DNA of 64,000 nt, taken from contig CAXHJY010000151.1 of NCBI GenBank assembly GCA_964016885.1, forward strand, positions 124,001-188,000. Direction: 5' to 3'. The position numbers and the translations under genes are program-made. Below, piece after piece: positions 50,934-64,000 of the stretch (its first letter is position 1; every line of letters begins with the position of its first letter). The DNA is from Eledone cirrhosa (taxonomy: Eukaryota). The notes under the pieces were generated by a model that saw nothing but the letters and a program-made list of their open reading frames with translations, was not told the DNA's origin and did no database searches.

Positions 50934-53900
50934 CATTCGCCGCCGGACTTCAGCTTCCTCATTTAGCATGGGCAGTTTTTCTTGAAAATCACACCACACA
51001 CAGCAAATGTGTGTCCGCACATGTACCAGTAATTACAGATCGATTCCGGTGAAAATTCACTGAAAACGGGCCATCCGGCCCTGTGCGTCGATCGTGGGCC
51101 GGCCGGATGTTGACGGATCGATGTGTAATTAGAAGTACATGTGCGGACACTCATTGGCTGTGCGTGGTATGCATTTCAGCAAGATATCTCCGTAACATCA
51201 AGAGTTATGGCTGTGGAGGCACACCTAGTCAAACGTAAACAAGGTCTGGAGCGTTTACGCTTCGCGATTTTGTTTACGTTTGACTAGGTGTGCCTCCACA
51301 GCCACAACTCTTGATGTTACGGAGATATCTTGCTGAAATGCATACCGCGCACAGCCAATGAGTGTCCGCACATGTACTTCTAATTACACATCGATCCGTC
51401 AACATCCGGCCGGCCCACGATCGACGCACAGGGCCGGATGGCCCGTTTTCAGTGAATTTTCAACGGAATCGATCTGTAATTACTGGTACATGTGCGGAGA
51501 CACATTTGCTGTGTGTGGTGTGATTTTCAAGAAAAACTGCCCATGCTAAATGAGGAAGCTGAAGTCCGCCGGCGAATGGTGTGCTTCGAAGAAAACTAAT
51601 TCGAAAATGACCGTTTGCAGGCGGAGTAACCTTTTCGATCGTGGGCCAGCCGCCCGTGGTGGGATCCATCTGTAATTACTGGTACATGTGCGGACATACA
51701 TTTGCTGTGTGTGGTGTGATTTTCAAGAAGAACTGCCCATGCTAAATGAGGAAGCTGAAGTCCGCCGGCGAATGGTGTGCTTCGAAGAAAACTAATTCGA
51801 AAATGACCGTTTGCAGGCGGGGTAACCTTTTCGATCGTGGGCCAGCCGCCCGTGGTGGGATCCATCTGTAATTACTGGTACATGTGCGGACACACATTTG
51901 CTGTGTGTGGTGTGATTTTCGAGAAAGACTGCCCATGCTAAATGAGGAAGCTGAAGTCCGCCGGCGAATGGTGTGCTTCGAAGAAAACTAATTCGAAAAT
52001 GACTATTTGCCGGCGGAATCACCTTTTCGGTCCTGGTCCGGCCGGATCTTGCCGGATCGATCGGAAATTTGTGGACCATGTTCGGAAGGCCATTGTGCAT
52101 GTGTGGTGAAAAAAATTTGTGTCGAAATCTTCTCGGAAAATAACGGATCGCCGGCGGAGATTGCCATTTCGATCGTGGGCCGGCCGGATCTTGTCGGATC
52201 GATTCGGACATATGTGCATCGTGTTCGCAAGGCCCTTGTCTATGTGCGGTGTGATTTTCATAAAGAAATTCCGAAAAACCCAGTTTTAAATCTGATTTCG
52301 CCAAAGAATTTTGGCTATCAGATCGGGTTGAAAGGTATGGTTTCAGGTCGATCTGAAAGTCTAAAATGGAATTCACTTGGTTAGCTAACTATTGATATAT
52401 CGGAGATATCTTTCTGAAAATCACACCACACACTCCCAATGAGTGTCTGCACATGTACCAGTAATTACAGATGGATCCCACCACGGGCGGCCGGCCCACG
52501 ATCGAAAAGGTTACTCCGAAGCACACCATTCGCCGGCGGAATTCATTTAGCATGGGCAGTTTTTCTCGAAAATCACACCACACACAGCCAATGAGTGTCC
52601 GCACATGTACCAGTAATTACAGATGGATCCCACCACGGGCGGCTGGCCCACGATCGAAAAGGTTACTCCGCCTGCAAACGGTCATTTTCGAATTCGTTTT
52701 CTTCGAAGCACACGATTCGCCGGCGGACTTCAGCTGCCTCATTTAGCATGGGCAGTTTTTCTCGAAAATCACACCACACACAGCAAATGTGTGTCCGCAC
52801 ATGTACCAGTAATTACAGATCGATTCCGGTGAAAATTCACTGAAAACGGGCCATTCGGCCCTGTGCGTCGATCGTGGGCCGGCCGGATGTTGACGGATCG
52901 ATGTGTAATTAGAAGTACATGTGCGGACACTCATTGGCTGTGCGTGGTATGCATTTCAGCAAGATATCTCCGTAACATCAAGAGTTATGGCTGTGGAGGC
53001 ACACCTAGTCAAACGTAAACAAGCTCTGGAGCGTATACGCTTCGCGATTTTGTTTACGTTTGACTAGGTGTGCCTCCACAGCCACAACTCTTGATGTTAC
53101 GGAGATATCTTGCTGAAATGCATACCACGCACAGCCAATGAGTGTCCGCACATGTACTTCTAATTACACATCGATCCGTCAACATCCGGCCGGCCCACGA
53201 TCGACGCACAGGGCCGGATGGCCCGTTTTCAGTGAATTTTCACCGGAATCGATCTGTAATTACTGGTACCTGTGCGGACACACATTTGCTGTGTGTGGTG
53301 TGATTTTCACGAAAAACTGCCCATGCTAAATGAGGAAGCTGAAGTCCGCCGGCGAATGGTGTGCTTCGAAGAAAACTAATTCGAAAATGACCGTTTGCAG
53401 GCGGAGTAACCTTTTCGATCGTGGGCCAGCCGCCCGTGGTGGGATACATCTGTAATTACTGGTACATGTGCGGACACACATTTGCTGTGTGTGGTGTGAT
53501 TTTCGAGAAAGACTGCCCATGCTAAATGAGGAAGCTGAAGTCCGCCGGCGAATGGTGTGCTTCGAAGAAAACTAATTCGAAAATGACTATTTGCCGGCGG
53601 AATCACCTTTTCGGTCCTGGTCCGGCCGGATCTTGCCGGATCGATCGGAAATTTGTGGACCATGTTCGGAAGGCCATTGTGCATGTGTGGTGAAAAAAAT
53701 TTGTGTCGAAATCTTCTCGGAAAATAACGGATCGCCGGCGGAGATTGCCATTTCGATCGTGGGCCGGCCGGATCTTGTCGGATCGATTCGGACATATGTG
53801 CATCGTGTTCGCAAGGCCCTTGTCTATGTGTGGTGTGATTTTCATAAAGAAATTCCGAAAAACCCAGTTTTAAATCTGATTTCGCCAAAGAATTTTGGCT

Positions 53901-55763
53901 ATCAGATCGGGTTGAAAGGTATGGTTTCAGGTCGATCTGAAAGTCTAAAATGGAATTCACTCGGTTAGCTAACTTTTGATATATCGGAGATATCTTTCTG
54001 AAAATCACACCACACACTCCCAATGAGTGTCTGCACATGTACCAGTAATTACAGATGGATCCCACCACGGGCGGCCGGCCCACGATCGAAAAGGTTACTC
54101 CGAAGCACACCATTCGCCGGCGGAATTCATTTAGCATGGGCAGTTTTTCTCGAAAATCACACCACACACAGCCAATGAGTGTCCGCACATGTACCAGTAA
54201 TTACAGATGGATCCCACCACGGGCGGCTGGCCCACGATCGAAAAGGTTACTCCGCCTGCAAACGGTCATTTTCGAATTCGTTTTCTTCGAAGCACACGAT
54301 TCGCCGGCGGACTTCAGCTGCCTCATTTAGCATGGGCAGTTTTTCTCGAAAATCACACCACACACAGCAAATGTGTGTCCGCACATGTACCAGTAATTAC
54401 AGATCGATTCCGGTGAAAATTCACTGAAAACGGGCCATTCGGCCCTGTGCGTCGATCGTGGGCCGGCCGGATGTTGACGGATCGATGTGTAATTAGAAGT
54501 ACATGTGCGGACACTCATTGGCTGTGCGTGGTATGCATTTCAGCAAGATATCTCCGTAACATCAAGAGTTATGGCTGTGGAGGCACACCTAGTCAAACGT
54601 AAACAAGCTCTGGAGCGTATACGCTTCGCGATTTTGTTTACGTTTGACTAGGTGTGCCTCCACAGCCACAACTCTTGATGTTACGGAGATATCTTGCTGA
54701 AATGCATACCGCGCACAGCCAATGAGTGTCCGCACATGTACTTCTAATTACACATCGATCCGTCAACATCCGGCCGGCCCACGATCGACGCACAGGGCCG
54801 GATGGCCCGTTTGCAGTGAATTTTCACCGGAATCGATCTGTAATTACTGGTACATGTGCGGACACACATTTGCTGTGTGTGGTGTGATTTTCGAGAAAGA
54901 CTGCCCATGCTAAATGAGGAAGCTGAAGTCCGCCGGCGAATGGTGTGCTTCGAAGAAAACTAATTCGAAAATGACTATTTGCCGGCGGAATCACCTTTTC
55001 GGTCCTGGTCCGGCCGGATGTTGCCGGATCGATCGGAAATTTGTGGACCATGTTCGGAAGGCCATTGTGCATGTGTGGTGAAAAAAATTTGTGTCGAAAT
55101 CTTCTCGGAAAATAACGGATCGCCGGCGGAGATTGCCATTTCGATCGTGGGCCGGCCGGATCTTGTCGGATCGATTCGGACATATGTGCATCGTGTTCGC
55201 AAGGCCCTTGTCTATGTGTGGTGTGATTTTCATAAAGAAATTCCGAAAAACCCAGTTTTAAATCTGATTTCGCCAAAGAATTTTGGCTATCAGATCGGGT
55301 TGAAAGGTATGGTTTCAGGTCGATCTGAAAGTCTAAAATGGAATTCACTCGGTTAGCTAACTATTGATATATCGGAGATATCTTTCTGAAAATCACACCA
55401 CACACTCCCAATGAGTGTCTGCACATGTACCAGTAATTACAGATGGATCCCACCACGGGCGGCCGGCCCACGATCGAAAAGGTTACTCCGAAGCACACCA
55501 TTCGCCGGCGGAATTCATTTAGCATGGGCAGTTTTTCTCGAAAATCACACCACACACAGCCAATGAGTGTCCGCACATGTACCAGTAATTACAGATGGAT
55601 CCCACCACGGGCGGCTGGCCCACGATCGAAAAGGTTACTCCGCCTGCAAACGGTCATTTTCGAATTCGTTTTCTTCGAAGCACACGATTCGCCGGCGGAC
55701 TTCAGCTGCCTCATTTAGCATGGGCAGTTTTTCTCGAAAATCACACCACACACAGCCAATGAG
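50934..55763. repeat. Fold-back satellite, copy B (truncated on the right)
   Basis: Centres at ~51256, ~53036, ~54620; periods 1780 (=1584+196) and 1584; ends abruptly at CAGCCAATGAGT. Confidence 0.9.
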
Positions 55764-55804
55764 TTTAAAATACTCACCGTTTGATTTGGAAAAACTTAAA
55801 ATGC

Positions 55805-55839
55805 TCACATATATATGTGTATGTATTTATCTATGCATG

Positions 55840-55892
<53 letters not shown>

Positions 55893-56365
55893 TTATCTAT
55901 GTATTTATCTATATGCATGGATATATATATATATATATATATTTATCTATGTATTTATCTATATGCATGGATATATATATATATATATATGTATTTATCT
56001 ATGCATGTATGAATATATAAAATATATATATATATATATGTGTGTATGTATTTATCTATGCATGTATGAATATATAAAATATATATATATATATATATGT
56101 ATGTATTTATCTATGCATGTATATATATATAAAATATATACATAAATATATATATATATATATGTATTTATCTATGCATGTGTGCATACATATATATATA
56201 TATATGTATTTATCTATACATGTATGTATATATATATATATACATATATAAGTATTTATCTATACATGTATGTATATATATATATACATATATATGTATT
56301 TATCTATACATGTATGTATATATATATATATATATATGTATATAAGTATTTATCTATACATGTAT

Positions 56366-56398
<33 letters not shown>

Positions 56399-56419
56399 AG
56401 TATTTATCTATACATGTAT

Positions 56420-56452
<33 letters not shown>

Positions 56453-56945
56453 AGTATTTATCTATACATGTATGTATATATAAAATATTGTCATGTTTAC
56501 AAAAATATTTTTCTAATATCGTGTTTAATATTTTCTATTGTCGTCTGCTTCTCTTCTCACGTGGTTACTTACTCTCTCACCCTCTCTCTCTTTCCCCTCT
56601 CATACAACCCCTTCTTTCTCTTTCTTTCCCCTCTCACACAACCTCTTCTTTCTCTCTCTTTTTGCCAGTCCCTTCTCTCACTCTCTCTCCCTCTTCCTTT
56701 TTTATCTCTTTCTTTCTGTCTCTGTTTCCCTCCTATAGACATTCTCTCTCTCTCTTTCTGCTCTCACTCAGCCTTCTCTCTCTTTCCCCTCTCACACAGT
56801 CTTCTCTCTCTCTCTTTCCCCTCTCACACAGCATTCTCTCTCTCTCTCTCTCTCTTTCCCCTCTCACACAGCATTCTCTCTCTCTCTCTCTCTTTATTTC
56901 CCCTCTCACACAGCCTTCTCTCTCTATCTATCTATCTCTCTCTCT
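55805..56945. repeat. Copy-B-specific (TA)n/TATTTATCTATGCATG and (CT)n/CCCTCTCACACAG compound microsatellites
   Basis: Directly visible; absent from copy A. Confidence 0.9.
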
Positions 56946-57944
56946 GGAGATTTTTTAACACAAAGTCACACAAGGATTAGAAAAATGGCGATAATCACTT
57001 TGAAAGTAACAATTATGCAATAAATAGTTGTTATTGCCACGTCTCGTATCCTCCTTTGGCAATGTGTAAAATGTTAGCGAGATCGAGTGAACAATACACA
57101 AGTTATAATACTTTACAGACGGGACTTATACAGTAGATGTAGCAAAATGCGTAGATTACGATTCTTGAGACGAGATTAAAATATACGATTAGGGGATATT
57201 TTAAGAAGACGAGTAGATGTTTGAGTAGATTTAGCTGCTTTTTCTAGCATTTTTAGTTATACTTTGAAGCACATTTTTTTTGTTACTATTATATTAAAAG
57301 TTATCTGGTTACGTTATTTGACTGGTATTTCTAGCATTTTACAAGGACCACGTGTGTGTTTTATTTAAGGAAGATCTAGTTGTTATTTCTGATATTTTCT
57401 TCATCAAGTTAGTTGCTATTTCCTGCATCCTCTTGAAGACAAGAAATAATAATGAATTAGCTGCTGTTTCTAGTAGGTTCTATGGTAGTGATGAGCGTGG
57501 GAGGGAGGTTTGACTGCTATTTTTAGCAGGTTCTAAGGCATTGAGGTTTATGTTTTACGAGAGATTTGGCTGTTATTTCTAACATGTTATAATGGAGAGA
57601 GAGAGAGAGTATAAGATATACAGAGAGAGGGAGTATAAGATATAGAGAGAGGGGAAACGGCCGATGTTTACGTTGAGAAAACCTAATAAAATTTTATAAA
57701 TGGGTTTATAAAGAATAGAATGAGATAAACAAGACAAAGTTAGATAAAATAAATCAGCTGTAAGGATATTATACGATATATTTATAATATTTTAATATAT
57801 TTTTCCTGGTCGTCTGCTGCCATTGATAGAGAGAGGAGTGGTGGGAGGTAGCCATAACAACCGTGGTAGCAGCACTGAGGTTTGTTTTTAAAGAAGTGAA
57901 TACAAGAAAAACAAGCAACTAAGAATATTAATCTCTTAAACCCT

Positions 57945-58548
57945 TCAAGATGTGTATGACAAGAAAGAAGACGTTTTAGAGTCGTATGACATAGATGATA
58001 ACTGGAAATTCTTACGTGACAACTTACTGCAGGCTACTGAAGAAACTTGTGGCTGGAGCAGAGCTCCGACCAGACAGAGAGTGACCTGGTGGTGGGACAA
58101 CACGGTAGATAAGGCCATTAGAGACAAAAGACTAGCATGGAACACTTGAAAAAATGGTGGGAGTAGAGACCGATACACAGCTGCTAAGAGAGAAGCTAGA
58201 CGTCAGATGTACTTAGCACGCACGGAGGCTGAGAGTAGGAGGTTTGCCAATGTTCTGTGATGGGAAGATCAGAGGCGTGCGGTGTTCCACATTGCAAGGC
58301 ATGGTGTCAGTGTAAATCAGGATGTTGTTGGAGATAAGTGTATCCGGAATGATGCCAGTGTACTTGGTGTCACGAATGATCAAAAAAAGGAGGCCTGGAA
58401 ATATCATTATGAGAGGCTGATGAATTGTGGAGAATGAATGGGAGAGAGGGAAACTATCCCCAGTAGACTCAACAGAGGGACCAGCTATTGAGATTGGGGA
58501 ATATAGGGTACAAGAGGCAATTAAGGAAATGAAGAATGGCAAGGCTAC
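57945..58548 (+). mobile_element. Copy-B-specific RTE-like LINE fragment
   Basis: NWKFLRDNLLQATEETCGWS..RVTWWWDNTVDKAI..; ENEWE..EGPAIEI..VQEAIKEMKNGKA; ends at the piggyBac-like MITE. Confidence 0.85.
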
Positions 58549-61500
58549 ATTTAACCCTTTAGCATTTAAACCAGCCATACCTAGCCAGAATACTCTCACA
58601 TCTTTCTGTTCAAACCAGCCATAACTGGCCACTCATACTGACGTTAAGGTATTGTTCTCAATATAAATAATATCAAAATCTCATAGATTCGATATTATAT
58701 GAGATAATTATGTAAGATAAAGCCTTTACCACAAAAATACAATAGTATATATAGAGTAATAAAAATGCTAAAGGGTAAAAGTAGCTTATTATTTTGTGAG
58801 CTCTTGCTACTTATTGCTCTTGTGCATCAAGAACATACACAGCTTACATTTTGTTGCTAATCTCACTGAGATCCAACTACATCTCTTGTTTATCCATAGT
58901 TTGGAATTTCTACCTACTCCTTTCCTTTAGAATGATCAAGGCCATTTTCTTGTGGGGATCTAGGCCCTGTTTTCCTTTCTATTTTGCCAAGTTATCTTAC
59001 ATCACTTTCATTCTAGACCATGCTTCCAGGTTTGGAATTTCTCCTCTAATTTTACCACAGATTAAGTGACAAGGGTTCAATCATGTGCATACAGGAGTTC
59101 CCATGGACAGCCAGTAATATGTAATAGCCTGCAGGATGATAATAAACAGAAGAGGGTTAATTACAGAGCCCTGATAGAGGGTTAATAACAGAGCCCTGAT
59201 AGACTTGTTCACTCAACTCCTCACTATAGCCATCATTACTTTTAACCTTACTGACTGCTCCTCCATACATGGCTTTTACTGCTCTCACAAGCCACTCATA
59301 TACCCCTAGTTTTCTAAGTTATACACCAGATTAGGGAAGGGGGAAGTCTCACAGAAGCTCTCTCTGGGTCAACAAATGCCAAGTAGAGGGGCTTATTTTA
59401 GCTAGGTACTACTCTTGCAGTTGCCACACAAGGAAGAGGACATCAGTGGTACTTTTACCTGGCACAAATCCAAACTTCATCTCATCTAGGTTAACTTGGT
59501 CCCTAATCAGCTGTGTTATAAATCTAACACCTTCATGAAGTGGTCCATCTAATATCTCTATAGTTTTCTAGCTCTAGTACATCTCCTTTGCCCTTGTAGC
59601 AGTTGATGATGATGATACTACACCATTTATTTGGTATGACACCATTTTGTATTACATGCTGTACGATACCAGTGGTTAAGATGTGACCCACCATCCCAGA
59701 TACTTTCAGTATCTCAGCAACTATCACCAATGGACAAGATACTTTCTCTGTCTTCATATCCTTAATTACCTTACTTCATATCCTTAATTACCTTACTGCT
59801 TACTTGTATGGCTGGACCCTCTGTTGGGCCCACTTTCCGTAGACTATCTTCCTCCCATGCATTCTCCTCATTCAGTAATCTTTCATAAAGGCATTTCCAT
59901 GTTACAAAGGTTGGCTGAAAAGTTCATAGACTATCAATGATAGCATGATGCTAGAGCTGTGAAATCTTGCCTGCATTAATTTCAACTCTTCTTATTAATA
60001 ACTGCATTGTTTCCTTCCAGGGACTATGTTGAAAAATAAACCTCATTTGGTCATTCCATGAGTGTATCTTGGTCTGCCTATGAACTTTTCAGCTGACCCT
60101 ATTCAGCATCAGTGAGCCCAAATGCCCCATTATCATCCTGGACACACTTTACCCCAACATCACAATTTGCCCTCACACACTGCCTCACAATCCTGAACAT
60201 CTCATGTATTTCATCCTCACATCATAAAACCAACTGAAATTATATATTCTCTGCTTCCCTCCTTGCAAAGAATACTTCTTGCCTAGCTTCCTGTAGTGTA
60301 CCCTCCAGCTGCCTCCATTCTGCCATTATTCCATGCCTGTCTCTTGGCCTTAACTGTCTCATCTACCCTAGTGTTTCACCACCAAGATACTCTCCTCTCT
60401 GAAGCCCTGCTCCAGCCACAGATCTAGTTTGACACCTTCAGCAAAGGTTCTTTAAGGAACTCCCACTGTTCCCCTATATTGTATGTTTCTATTTGTTCTT
60501 CCTTACTGTTGTAAAGATCAAACAAAATATCTCTAAATTTGGAACTGGCTGAGGGGTCCTTTAACTTCCATATCCTTCTCCTCCAAGTTGCCCTCAGTCT
60601 TCAAGTTCATCTAAGTCTATGAAATCACTAACTACTGGGTTATGTTGGGAGGTGCATTCTTCCCCAGGGGGTGGGGATTGTGTGTTTACAAATGTCAATA
60701 TCTCATCTTCTGGTGAGGATAAAAATCTGACTGGCATGCTCCTCTGACCAATAGGTGTTGAAGTGGTTGTCGGGTAAACGTTAAGACCCTCTGATATACA
60801 TATATATATATATACTAGCAGTGGTACCCGGCGTTGCACGGGATAACGTATTTCGGAACGCGGGCCGCCATCTTCCACTTCAGCCGGTCGCCCTAAAGTG
60901 TTGGCTATTCAGTCTACTTGAGGCCAGTTGGTGAGGGGGGGTAAAGCTTTCAGTGTGCTACTACCCTCACGGTCAAATAGAAAGGGAGAGGAAGAAAAGT
61001 CAGCGTTAATATCGTGCTACACGTTTGAAAGGTTGGATGACCTTAGAGTTCACCAGGGTGGGGGGTTCTAAAAGTATCTATCTTGGTATTTTATCTTAGA
61101 AGTAATCATTACAGAGTGTACTGGGTGTATTTTAGTGGGCAGTAATTCCATAAAGAACACAGTATAATCTGTGGACACAAGCCTTGCAGTGTGATTACAG
61201 GCAGGTTAATGGGAAAGATAGATTATATATGTGACATGATGTACATGAGAAGTGAGGACACAGACCACACATGAAATAGATTCCTACAACTGTCAGGGAG
61301 GCTCCCTAGAATTACAGATGACATATTTCAATATCTCGGTGATCAAGTTAGCAGTGGAGGAAGAATCTCTAAAAGTGTAATACCCAGGATAAGGACAGGC
61401 TGGAAGAAGTTTAGAGTACTGTTCCATCTGTTGACAACAAAGGGCTTCTCTCTCAGAATGGAGGCTAGACTGCTTGATACTTATGTGTGGTCTGCAATCT

Positions 61501-63025
61501 ACACCCCAGCCATGCCCCTTCCACTACCACTCCTTAGCTATTTCTCTCCATTAATACTCCTCACATTTCAAGCAGTTTTCTCATCTCAATGAAAGAAAAA
61601 TATTGGGCTCAAGAGAAGTCTTCAGTTATGCCATGGTGTGGCAACCTCCCTAGGGTTGGGCAGAGTGTAAATGAGAGTGAAATTAGGTATGAGAGGGATC
61701 AGATGCAGTATACAAGAGAGTAGATTACATTGGTATGGTCATGTGATGGGTATAAAGGATGACAGCTGTATAAAAATGTGCTGGGCAATCAAAGTTGATG
61801 GAAGTTATGAAGGCGGAAGACCCAGGATGACCTGGGATGAGGTGATAAAAGATGACTTTGCACAATTGCAACTCTCAAAGACAATGACACAGGATAGAGA
61901 TCTTGAGATGTATGCAGCAATACAGAAGGCCTGCTTTCCAATGTGCACGGACTCAAACATACATCTAGTAGGCCCCTCCTAACCACTATACTCCTTTCCA
62001 AACTCCCACACTCCCACTTCTGTACACACCACCTTTAGACTGTAAAGTGGTAGTGTACAAGTCACAACAAAAGCACCCAGTCCACTCTGTAAAGTTGATG
62101 TGTTGGTGTCATAACAAAAGGCACTCAGTCCACTCTGTAAAGAGGTTGTGTAAGTGTCACAACAAAGACATCTAGTCCACACTGTAAAGTGGTCATGTAG
62201 GTGTCACAACAAAAAGTACCAGTCATTATTGTAAAGTGGTTGTATAGGTGTCATAACAAAAAGCACCCAGTCGACACTGTAAAGTGGTTGTGTAGGTGTC
62301 AGAACCAAAAGCACCCAGTCCACACTGTAAAGTGGTTGTGTAGGTGTCATGACAAAAAGCACTCAGTCTACATTGTAATGAGGTTGTGTAGGTGTCATGA
62401 CAAAAAGCACCTAGTCCACACTGTAAAGTGGTCATGCAGGTGTCATGACAAAAAGCACCCAGTCCTCACTGTAAAGTGGTCATGTAGGTGTCATGTCAAA
62501 AAGCACCCAGTCCACCCTGTAAAGTGGTTGTGTAGGTGTCATGATAAAAAGCACCCAGTCCACACAGTAAAGTGGTCATGTAGGTGTCACTAAAAAAGCA
62601 CCCAGTCTACTCTGTAAAGTGGTCATGTAGGTGTCATGACAAATAGCACCCAGTCCACCCTGTAAAGTGTTCATGTAGGTGTCATGATGGAGAGTAACCA
62701 GTCCACAATGTAAAGTAGCCATGTAGCTGTCACAACAAAGCACCCAGTCCACACTGTAAAGTGGTCATGTAGGTGTCATTTCAAAAAGCACCCAGGTCCA
62801 TGGCTTGGCCTGCTAACCGACGCTATACCCAAGTCGGTCGCCATGCTTTCCAGCATAGAGTTACGTCTCTTTATGGTCTGAGTTCAAATCACGCCGAGGT
62901 TAACTTTGCCTTTCATCCTTACGGGGTCGATAAAATAAAGCACCAGTAATGTACTGGGGTCGATTTAATCGACTTTCCCCTCCTCTGCCAAATGACACAC
63001 ACATGCATGGTTCGGGGGAACCTAC

Positions 63026-63095
<70 letters not shown>

Positions 63096-64000
63096 GTAGG
63101 TCACTGGTTGAGTCGGTATTAACCACAGTAACTAAGGTACTCAATACATATTAGATATAGGTGTCTTTCTAATTGCTGGCCTTGTTCATAAGGTATACAC
63201 AAGTATGATGTGTGTCTGTTTAACTGTACGTGTGAAAACATCGCGAAATTGCGCCTTTTAATATTTGAATATAAACAGTTAAAAAATAATTATTTTAGTA
63301 ATTTTTAAATATCGATAATGTGTATATAAATATTAGAAATCAATTTAATTAGTTCAGTAACATTACTCGGAGTTAAGATAAACCTTCATTTGAAGAAATT
63401 CGAGATTTGACCAAATAAATAGATTATGTGATCAATAAAAAAAATATGTATACGCGCTTGAACGACGGGTTGCAGACAGTCAGGCATACAGACACATATT
63501 TTAAAGCGTGCGACGTTAAAAGTCTTACTCTCTCTCTTTTTAGATAGATAGACTTAATTAAAGCAGTTTCACTCTCTCTATATTTCATCAGCTCTCTCTC
63601 TCTTAAATTGAAAGATTCATTAAGGCTGAAATAATCTAAACAGTAACATCATTTTTCGCCAGCTCTAGCTTGCGTCCAGAGATATACACACACATATATA
63701 TATATTTTTTTTGTTATCGAGTTGAGCTTTGCCAAGCATAGAATTCCAAATTTGACCATCTCCACTGAAAATGTTCGTGAAATAGTCTTTAAGAAGCAAT
63801 TTAATTTTTTCCAACTGAAACTGTAAGTATTTTAAAATTTATTTCAACATGGTCTTAAAAGATTGTTGGCTTTTTTTAAATTCATAACTATTTACTATGA
63901 AATATAAATTATTAAATCCAATTTATTTGATAACCATGATTTGATTTTATAATTACCTGAATCACGTTAACATGTATGTATATATATATATATATATATA

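Larger units (their letters stand above)
31473..64000. repeat. Macro-repeat copy B (~33 kb, runs past window end)
   Basis: Collinear and near-identical to copy A; offset shifts (31472, 31244, 30940, 30611, 33251, 33443) track repeat copy-number changes and one replaced block. Confidence 0.95.

Noticed and set aside
62201-62593. Cys/His 16-aa repeat ORF resembling a metal-binding protein
   Set aside because: Translation of the 48-bp minisatellite; length differs between copies and neighbouring units contain stops or indels.

Overview
Eukaryotic, repeat-dominated DNA; the SINEs and RTE remnants resemble those of octopod cephalopods (inference). No intact protein-coding gene is supported. The window is two copies of a ~31.5-33 kb tandem macro-repeat: copy A ~1-31472, and copy B 31473 to beyond 64000. 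Each copy carries a collapsed rDNA-like unit in canonical order: CCCTAA-like tract, 169-bp spacer repeats each with a TATAGG motif, ETS-like DNA, the 18S 5' end, a ~6 kb array of 17-18 mosaic units stitched from short conserved 18S and 28S segments, then the 28S sarcin-ricin region and 3' end. Downstream are an orphan histone-type stem-loop, a G-rich 15-bp repeat and a fold-back (palindromic) 196-bp satellite that ends in a Helitron-type 3' terminus in copy A. The remainder is decayed non-LTR retrotransposons (RTE-like, R4/Dong-like with a twin-priming-type inversion, CRE-like), MITEs, SINE fragments and mini/microsatellites. The two copies differ mainly in repeat copy numbers and in one replaced block. 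rRNA assignments come from recalled conserved eukaryotic rRNA motifs, not from a computed alignment.
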